The position numbers were made by a program, and so were the translations under genes. Source: Candidatus Anstonellales archaeon (GTDB taxonomy: Archaea; Micrarchaeota; Micrarchaeia; Anstonellales; J096). From it: a DNA stretch of 18,352 nucleotides. The first letter of the stretch is position 1. Each line of letters opens with the position of its first letter. Below are positions 1 to 9,500 of this stretch, in pieces. Where the stretch lies: the NCBI GenBank assembly GCA_038890615.1, contig JAWAFI010000006.1, positions 1 to 18,352 of the forward strand, given 5' to 3'. Below the pieces are notes generated by a model, which was given only the letters and a program-made list of their open reading frames with translations, was not told where the DNA came from and searched no databases.

Positions 1-530
1 TTTGCAGTGCCGTTGGTGAAAGGAGGCGTGTAGTTCACCATGAATGGCCTTGTCTCTCCTGGAGCCAAGGATGGGAAGTAGGTCTGGTTTGGCACTGCCC
101 AAGAGGTGTCTGTGCTGACTGTTATGTTGAGGGGCACTTCGCCAAGGGCAGTCAAGAAGCACTGCCCGCTAACTGAGCCGTATGGTTCAGCATAGAGTAC
201 ATGTGGGTCGCAGTATAAGGTATAATTGAGGGAAACATTGACTATTACTATTACGCTGTCATTCCTGAGCCCTGCATTGGGCTCATCTCCCATTATTGTT
301 ATGTTCGCCCAGTCATTTATGAAGGGCGGGGTATAGTTCACTAAGAACTGTCTTGACTCACCAGGAGCAAGTGATTCAAAGAAGGTCTGGTTTGGCACTG
401 CCCAAGAGGTGTTTGTGCTGACTGTAACATTAAGGTTGCGGTTGCCTGTGTTGTTCAAGTAGCAATCTCCTACTACTGATCCCCCTGCAGGTGAATAGAG
501 CTGGTGGGGGATGCAGTAGAGAATGTAATC
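1..530 (-). repeat. Two tandem 101-aa (303-nt) Ig-like repeats, second truncated by window edge
   Basis: [11 protein letters not shown]...GDCYL...[37 protein letters not shown] versus [11 protein letters not shown]...GQCFL...[37 protein letters not shown]. Nucleotides 80-122 and 383-425 match at 42 of 43 positions. Confidence 0.9.
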
Positions 531-3500
531 ATAAAGAGCAAGGTTTGCTTTAGTCATAGGCACATTGAACTGGTGGAAAAGCAGGAACTCTGGAGAGTTA
601 GAATCTGTAGAATAAGCAATTGAGTTTGAAGAGCCGATTGAAAGGTCAGTGAATATAGAAGCGGATGAAACCTTCTGACCATTTACCCACAAGCTGCTTG
701 TCCTTACTGCAAACATATCCCTCAAAAAGGAGTCAGGGAATATTTCCTTCCTGTATATATAAGGCGGTGCGATGGGAGCCCCGCTTCCAGGAACCAGCAC
801 TCCTGCTGGGTTTTCAACTACCCAGTCGGTTGTTGGTATTGCAGGATTCTTCCCAATGTCTTCTGAAACAAGAGCCCTTTTGGTAATGCTTTCATGGGCT
901 CCCTGTGCATCAGAGCCGAGGCGGTAAACTACTGGAATGAGCGCTATGTTTGAAGAAGTGTCAAGCCTCTGGCCGCAGACAACCCCTGTTGGGCAGCTGC
1001 CTTTAGCAAGGGCAATCCAGCCAGGGTTGGTTGCTGTTATGTTTATCTTATGCACCCCTGCTGAAAGCATTGATGAGGGAATCTCAAGCAAGTACCTGCC
1101 TGAAACAGTGCCATTGTATTTCTCGCAGGCAATGAAAATCAGCTTCACATCGCCGTTCTTCCATGTGAAAGAGCTGTTGCTGTCTGAAGAGGTAAGCAGG
1201 TACTGGGAATCTATATACCAATCAGCAGTAAACGAGGAGAGGCTTTGAACTCCATCCATATAGAATATTACATAATCCCCATCAGGAGTTATGCTTTCTG
1301 TGGTTGAGCTAAGGCGCACATTGTAAGTTGTATTCATGTCCATTATCCCATTGCAGGTAACAAGCTCCATTTTTGTGCCGCTTGAGGTTGATTCTGCCCC
1401 GCTATAATAAACCCTGCTTGTTGGGATGGTGGCATTAAACATCGCCAAGGTTGAGGATGATGGCGGAACCAAATAACTCGCTGCATAAAGGGTTTCTGTC
1501 CTGTTGTTCTGCTTGTCGTCAAGTGAGGCAAGCACCTGAATATCAGATGGGAATGGGAGATCGTTTATAAGATTCACTGTCAGCATATAAGTTTGGCCTG
1601 CTGAAACATTCTCCTCTACCTCATACAATCCCCTTACTGGATAATTAGATGTGCTTAAGTAAAGCGGAACCAAGGAATCAACTGAGTAGTAGTAGGCAGC
1701 CCTAACTCCATAGCCAGTGGCTAACGAGGGGAGGCTCTTATAGGAAAGGTAGAGCGGGCTTGCCTTCACAAGTGAGGTGCCCTTGATTGTATACCAATAA
1801 TTCTTGTCAGCTGATGAAACATATTTTGAAATGACCTGCAATGGGGAGTTGAATTGGTCATACCACACCTCCTCTGCTCCCCTTGGATAGAGGTCCATTG
1901 CTATAAGCTTTGAAGGCAGATAAACCTTCTGCTTCATAATAGCTGAAATTGTGTGCGGCATAACAGGCCAATCACTGTCATCAAAGCTTGCATACTTGGC
2001 AGTGTTTATATCAAAATTGGCAGCAGGAGCAGTGCGCCATAGTATAGGCGAATAATACCTGTTTATGACTCTTATGTAAAGCGCATTTGCTGAAAGCGTG
2101 TAAGGAATGTAGATCAGCCTGTTGAATGAGTAGGTTGAGAGAGGCTCAACCTCCATATCATCAAATATCTCTGAGTAAAGGAGCACAGAAGTATTTGAGG
2201 AATTTGTTGCCCCATATATCTCAATGGCGTAAATGCTCATGGTTGTGTTAAGGGTGTTTGTTAAGTTTAACGAAATGTTGGCATAGTATGCCTTTCTTGC
2301 GCTAACTGATGCCTCTGCCCCTATTGATAGCTGCTGGTTTAGGACCACTTCTCCAAATTCCTGTTCGTAGGGCCTTTCAATCTCAAGCTTTACCACTTTT
2401 GACAGATCGGTAGGGAATGGGCCCCAGGTAGTGCCACTAATCTCTGCATTAATCTGAGAGACTCCTTCAGGTATGTTGAATGGGAAGTAGTTGCTCCAAG
2501 CGCTTGTTGAATAATAGCCATCTTTCTCACCTCCATATCTGCCTACAAGGACGCCATTCACATAGAGGGAAACCACCCCTGTTTCTTCATATGAAAGAGT
2601 GTGGTAAAGGTAAGCCTTGCCAAGAGTGGCTACTGGGCTGTAAAGCTTGAACGAGCCAAGGGCTCCTTGCCTTGACCAATCCCCAGGCCATCTCTCATCG
2701 AAGAGCGTGCTGTTGTTTGCATATTTTCGGGCACCAAATGAGTATTGGTGGAACCCTGTGTATATGACTATTGGAGTAACCGCCCTAAGCTTAAGCAATG
2801 TATCGCTTGGAACAGTGTCTGGAATGTAGAAGTGGAGAAGCTTTGAAGAAGTGCCTGGCTCAAATACCAAACCTGATTCACCATAAATGTCAGCAACGAA
2901 CTGGGAAGTATTTGATGAATTTACCAAATAAATGTGCACTGTATTGAAAGTAAGATTACTGTTCTGGTTGTTAGTTACTGTTAAGCGCACATCGTTCCAG
3001 GCACCAGAGTAGGGCCCTCCACTAGGCATTTCAGCAGACAATGAATAAGCAGATTGATTAGGCGAAGTGATGGTTGCTGAAGAGGTTGCATTAAACACCT
3101 CAAATACCCTTAAGTAGCTAGGTTGCGGATAATCACCGTTCTGTGAAGTGCACTTGAAAGTAATGTTCTTTCCTATTATGCCTGGCTCCCTTCCTCTGAA
3201 AACCCCATCTGTGAAAACCTCGCATTGGCCTGAAAAGTCCATTGAAGTGTCTATTACCTCCTGCCATGAGCTCCCTGCCCAAGTTGTCCTGCCATAGAAA
3301 GCTCCTTTATACGGGCCGCTGTAAAGCTCCAGCCTATAAGGAATCCAATCTGAATAAGATGAATTTGCTGCTTGCGAGTCATTTATGCTTGTACCAAAGT
3401 AGTGGTTGTGCCAATAGCTTACCACTGGTATGCGCACCTGCCTGTATGCCTTTGCTTTTACGGTGTAATTATTAAGGCCTTCTGGAACATAAACCTGCAT

Positions 3501-6500
3501 TGAAACTACTTTAGTGCTTAACGGGCTTATTACTAAACTGCTGTATTCATTTTCGATGTAAAGGTCGCTAACCTTTCCTGTTGCGTTGTAGACCTCAAGA
3601 ACTATTGAGCTGAGCGTTATGGGAGAAATGTCATTGTTAGTAACGCTTACATTCACTATTTCCAAGTAACCTTCTCTCAATGAAGTAGTAAGCAGCTGGA
3701 CTTCTATTGGTGGTGATAATGGAGAAACTACATTGACTACTCCAGATGTCTCTATCTTCCTTGATACATAAACCACTGGTGTTCCTGTATCTTCTGTTAT
3801 GTAGTTAACCTTCCTTATCCCTGTACTGAAGTAAGAATCCATTCTCTGCCTGTTGTTATGCTCAAGGTTGCCATCATTTGAATAAACATTCACGCCATCA
3901 ACAAAAGTTGCAAAACCGTTTGGCTCAATCTCAACAGCACTTACATCAGGGGTTATGTAAATGTACTGGGCTTTTGTTTCATTGCCTGCAAGCCAAAGAT
4001 GCCCTCCATATGGTTTATAAGTAGAAAGCACGCTTGCATTGTAGGTATAAGTGCCGTTTAGCCCATCAGGTACATATACAAAGAAGGTGAAATTCTTCTC
4101 TTCATTGGCTATCAGCTGGAGCCAATTACCAGATGAAGAATTATCAGCTCCTTCACGTGCTATTAGGGAGTGCACAAGAACATCACCATCGTATATGTCA
4201 ACCTTAAGTCCCCTAAGGCTTGCTTGGCAAAACTCTGTTTCTACTCGGTAGTTGTTGTTATTCCTCATCTTCACGTTTATTTGGTTAGTCCTTCCTGCCT
4301 CAAGGTTTGGAGGCATTGTAACTTCAAGGGTTACATCTAAGTTGCAAACAGGCAGAGTGGCGTTGTTATCTCCTTCAGAGATTTCTGGAATTATGTTTGA
4401 TGGATCTACTGAAACGCTTACGTTGCTCCTTGCCACATCCCCAGGCACGTCAACATCAACTTGGTACCTTATGCTTTCATCCGGATTAAGGGCAGGCACT
4501 GAAAGGGTATGCTTGACATCTCCGTTTACAGAAAATTGTATGGTAGTTGGCGCTGTTGGCATACCTCCAGTATTCTTTACCTTTGCAGTAACCCATTCCT
4601 TCTCCCCACTTTGAGAAATTAATGCATTGGTTAAGGGGCTCATCTCAACTTCTAAATTGCCTATCTCAAGGGTTATTGTGCCATTGTTGGTTGAGTTGCT
4701 TATCTCGCCCGGCTCAGGCACAACTTCCATTTTTATTACTCTTGTGCTGTTTGAGCCCGCCATATCAACCATTTGGATTACCTGAACAGTGTCGTGTGGG
4801 TCTACATTGATCACCTGCGGTGTGCCCAGCAGTGTGCCATTGTCCCACCAGAACCGCACTGTGGTGGTGCCAGGCATTCCACCTATGTTGTACACTGTAA
4901 TGTTCAGCAGGAAAGTGCCGTTCGGAAGAAGGGTTACTGGGTTATACGATGGGCTGTTTAGTATGTTTTTCATGCATCCTGGGTTTGTTGTAGTCGACAA
5001 GGTGTATGGGAAGGTTGGCGAAGTTTTAACAACACTGCAAACGCTGTAATCAGGAGGGGTAGGCTTAACTTTTATTTTATCAGTTGCAATATCATTGTTG
5101 GTCTTCTTAGAATCCATCGGATACGACTCGTAGTAAGTGTATATCTCTACAGAGCCCTCCAAATCAGTGCTTGATCCGTACTGCCTTGGGGCAATGAAAT
5201 CATAGGCAAGGTTCTCTCTGCAAGGAAGGGTGTTGGAGTTACCTAATAGGTAGCTTGAGGTAGAATTGCCATTAAGGAAAACTCTCTTTGGCCTCGGCTG
5301 CTGGTAGCAGTAATCATCCCCTTCATCAAGATACTTAAAGTCGCTAGAGTTTCCTGACTCATTCCACCTTAGCGCAAGGAAAACGCTTGCATTGTGGCTT
5401 AAGAAATTCGCCAATACAACATTGAACCTTACTAAGGTGTCCTCATAAACCTCTGTTGCAGAGGAGTTTGAGAAGTCTAATAAGTCTAGGGAAATTATTG
5501 AAGGGTCGGCTCCTTCTAAAACTGTGAATGTTGTTGAAAGGTTGTTGTTTGACTTGTTTGCCTCAGGAAGCGTCCCATCAGGGTCAACAACCAGAGTGAG
5601 ATTATAATCTCCCTTTAGCGGGTTCCACCAAGTGTACTCCTTTGAGATGTTGCACATTGATGTCTGGTTCGCAACCACTTCCACCATGCAGGATGCAAAA
5701 TAGGTTTCATTTATCAGGAGAGTTGCGTTGGCAGCAGAAGCGCCTGTTCCTATGTTGGTGACATATAAGAGAATTGTAAGATTTTCCCCTTGGGCAAGGT
5801 CAGGGGTAGCAGAAACGCCATACTCTAAGAGTATGCTCCTTGGGGAGGATGGGTGGGTATAATAAGGATCATTAACTATATTAGTTTCCCTTGAGCCATC
5901 GTATACTGCTATGTTCAGAGGCACTATATCAGGAAGGAACTCCTGGACGATTCCAATATCTTTGGCCCTTGGCACTGAAGGAAGCGGGTTTATTACATTT
6001 GGAGAGGAAGCAAAATTGTTCACATCATCAGAAAGGAATTCAGAAACTGGGTATGTAAATGGAGCATCCCTATCATATTCAACAATTGGCACAAGTATTG
6101 ATTGGTAAGAAAGGTTGTACTGTACGCGGTACTTAACCGTAAAGTATTGGTTTTTCCCTATATAAGGAGTAGTAGTTTCGTTAAGCACATCGCTGAATAC
6201 TATTGAAGTTTCATTGTAAGATATACGCCCTGAAGGTATTAAGCGCTCTATTCCGTTGGCGTCAACTATCCTTGCATCAGCAACAGTGCTTGGTATAACT
6301 TCGCCTTCAATCCATGTATCAGTTATTGTGAAAGAACGGCCTTCCCTATAGTATGGGTATTTTACCTTGATAGACACTTGAATATAATTAGGATAGGTTG
6401 AGCTCCCTTTGGTCTTGTTTATGCTTGATTGCGAGAATATCGGCTGGGAAATGGAATCTGTTGAATAGAGTATGTCTATATCTCCATCCCTGTCCAGGTC

Positions 6501-9500
6501 AGCACACGAAAGAGCATTTATACCCTCTCCTATGTTTTTGACAACCTGCTGGCTGAACACGCCCTCCCTGTTCCTGAAGTATTCTATTTCGCCTATGAAG
6601 TCGCCGCTAACTATGTCCAATGCGGACATGTTAAGCTCCATGTCACCTGTGCAAAGACCATAAAGCTTTGCGTTGGAATGCAGGTTCATATAAGTGCTTG
6701 TTACATTGAAGCCCATTGAGCCATTGTTAGCTATTATGTTGAGCTGGCCTCCGTAGTCGCCTGCTGCAATGTCTATGTTCCCATCATTGTCATAGTCTCC
6801 TGCAGTGAGCCCCCTTGGGGAAGGAAGCGTTGCCACTAAGCCCCCAAAGGAGAGTGAAGAGCCGCTGTTGATAAGTATGTATAAGTCATTCCCATTAGCA
6901 ACTACCAAGTCGATGTAGCCATCTTTGTTGAAGTCGCCTGATGCCAATGCGCATGAAGGCAAGGGCCTCGTAGTTCCATAAGCATAGGAGAAGGAGCCAA
7001 AGCCATCGTTTGTGTAAACCAAGACGCTTCCATTTTCATAACCTATTGCAATGTCCTGGTAAAGGTCCCTGTTGAAATCTCCAGAAGCGCCTGAGCATGC
7101 TCCTGTAGTAGAAAGGTTGGCTGTATTTGTGAAGTTCCTGAAGTAAGATGTTGAATATATCAAAGAGGTATCATTCCTCACAAGCACAAAATCAACATAC
7201 CCATTCCCATCAAAATCGCCTGTTGCTATGTCAAGCGCTCCTGCAAAGTTTATTCTGGGCTCTAGAAGGTAGTCAACAGGCACTTCTGTAAGAACAGGCG
7301 GCACGTATATCCTTATCTGGACTGATTCTGTGTCATTTATTCTCGGCGAATACTCAAGCACAGTAATGTTTGCAGTTCCGTTCTGGGTCTCATCAAGAGG
7401 AGGCATTACATAAAGAGTTAGGTTTGCTGAATCGTTTGCTGAAAGGTTAAAGTATTGCGTTCCGTTTATGTAACATACCCACGTAGGCTTGCAGGTAACA
7501 TTTGAAACAACATAGTAGGCAGTGTCTCTGCCTTTGTTTGAGATTGTTATGTTGAATGCGCTTCCAGAGCCGATTGGTGTGTAAACATAGGATGGCGCAG
7601 TTATTGCTAGGGTTGGAAGCTGAACTGTGAGCGAAAGCTGCTGGTTCCTTGCGCTCTCGCTGCTGTTTGCGGTCAAATTGAAGTAATAAGGAGTTGAGGA
7701 AACGTTTAGGGATGGGGTTATGTTTATTTCTAGAGTGGTTTTCTCGCCTGCTGCCAATGATGGTATGGATGTCTGGTTAAGGATACAGGTTGCATCATAG
7801 CATACAGCTCCAACAGTTACAGCTGTTGAAGGCGCATCACCTATGTTTGTTACATTCAAAAGAAGCACAGTGCTGTTAAGCCTTGTAAGGTTCTTCTTCT
7901 CTATTGTAAAGTTGAAATAGGCGCCTTTGACAGAGGCGCTTACGTTTTTTAAGAATGCCCTCACGCTATCGTTGGCAATTAGGGTTATGTTTGCGCTTTG
8001 GAAGTTGTAGTCTAAGGGTATGTAAGCACTAACATTTATGCTCTCATTTGCGCCTGGGTTAAGCAAAACCGATGAAATGTTTAGGTTGCATGTCCAGCCA
8101 GCAGGGCATATTACTGAGATATTTACTTCCCAAGCAATTGAGCCGTTGTTGGTAAGATTTTCAGTAAAGCTGTTCCACTGGCCCCTAAATAATGTCTGCG
8201 GCTCAGTTTGCCATGCAAACGAAGGCTGGCGTATGAAAATAGTTATATCTGATTTTGATATCTTTACTGAATCGTTAGCTACTGCCTTTATCTTTGCTTC
8301 ATATCTAGTTTCACTATAAGGCACAATTATTGTTAGGTTGAGGTCTTTTTTCTGCCCTGGATTTAGGGTAAAGGATGATTCGTTGAATGCACAGGTCCAC
8401 CCAGCAGGGCAATCCTCAATTGAAACAGCTATTGTTTTGGGATTTGCCCCTGTGTTGCTTATCTGCTGTATTGAATAAGAAGGCACTGTTAGATTGGCAG
8501 AAACGTTGGTAGTGTTCCAAGACATACCCAAGTCAAGGTATATTGTGCCTGTCTTTGACCATGTCCAGCGGTTCCTATAATCCACTGCAGTGTAGGTTGC
8601 GCTCCTTTGGGAAGCCGTCTCAAATAAAGGAACCCATGCATAAACGGTGATTGTTTTCTTTTCTCCTGGATTCAGGCTAGCAATCGTTTCATTCAAGGAG
8701 CAGAGCCAGCTGGAATAGCATGAAATAGAGAGCGAAGCGTTTGCTGGGGCATCTCCTCTGTTAGTGACATTGACCTCAAAGGAATTATTGGCACCACTAT
8801 CAATAGTTGGGCTGTATATCTCCCAGTAAATGTAGGGAGAAAGCATGTGCACCAATGTAGTGTTCGTTGAATTTTTGAGATGCCAGTCGCTTGCCTTTAT
8901 TGTTACTGTGGTGTTCACAGTGCTCCAGTTGTATGGCACCGTAATATTCAGCGAAATGTTGCGGTAGCTGTTGTTTGGCAGGTTGGCTATAAGGGATTCA
9001 TTGAAAGTGCATGCCCACTGGGCAGGGCAGTTGTGCGTTAGCGAAAGATTGAAAGCATTGCCGTTTCCTGTGTTGTTGAGGAGTATCTCCACTGTAGAAG
9101 TGACATTTTCACTGACATTTACAAGTGGGGGGGAAACCACTGAAACATTCGGCTGAAGCAGGTAGAACAAGAGGGAGTTGTTTGCCTTTGTTGTATTTTC
9201 GTTTGAGGCATTGGCTATAAGATAAACTACCTTGCTACTTGCATATTCATAAAGATAGGGGGAAATATTGAAAGAAACATTAACTCCTTGCATGGGGGTA
9301 ACATTATCTATTGTTGCATTCAAAGCTTGGCATATCCAGTTTATAGGACACTGAATGGAAGGAGTTACATTAAAGGCCGTCTCATTTCCAAAGTTATAGA
9401 GAGTTGTATTGTAAATATAACTCATTCCTGGATGTGTTTCTAACACATCCTCTGCTTCATACACTAACCATACTGTTGAAAGCGAATAACTTAGAGGTAA

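Noticed and set aside
80..425. 43-bp repeat pair as a DGR template/variable repeat or CRISPR repeat
   Set aside because: Only one mismatch, both copies are in-frame parts of protein repeats 303 nt apart, and no reverse transcriptase or cas gene is in the window.
2132..2152. 8-bp hairpin AGGTTGAG-AGAGG-CTCAACCT (also a 7-bp stem at 266-285)
   Set aside because: Inside coding sequence with no U-tract or boundary association, so compatible with chance.
8751..8759. RGD tripeptide in a protein that also has integrin-like FG-GAP repeats
   Set aside because: It coincides with the structural N-x-G turn of the Ig repeat, and one RGD in >4000 aa is expected by chance.
9127..9133. G7 run in the giant ORF as a phase-variation switch
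   Set aside because: The frame is intact, and a single 7-mer G/C run is roughly expected by chance in 18 kb.
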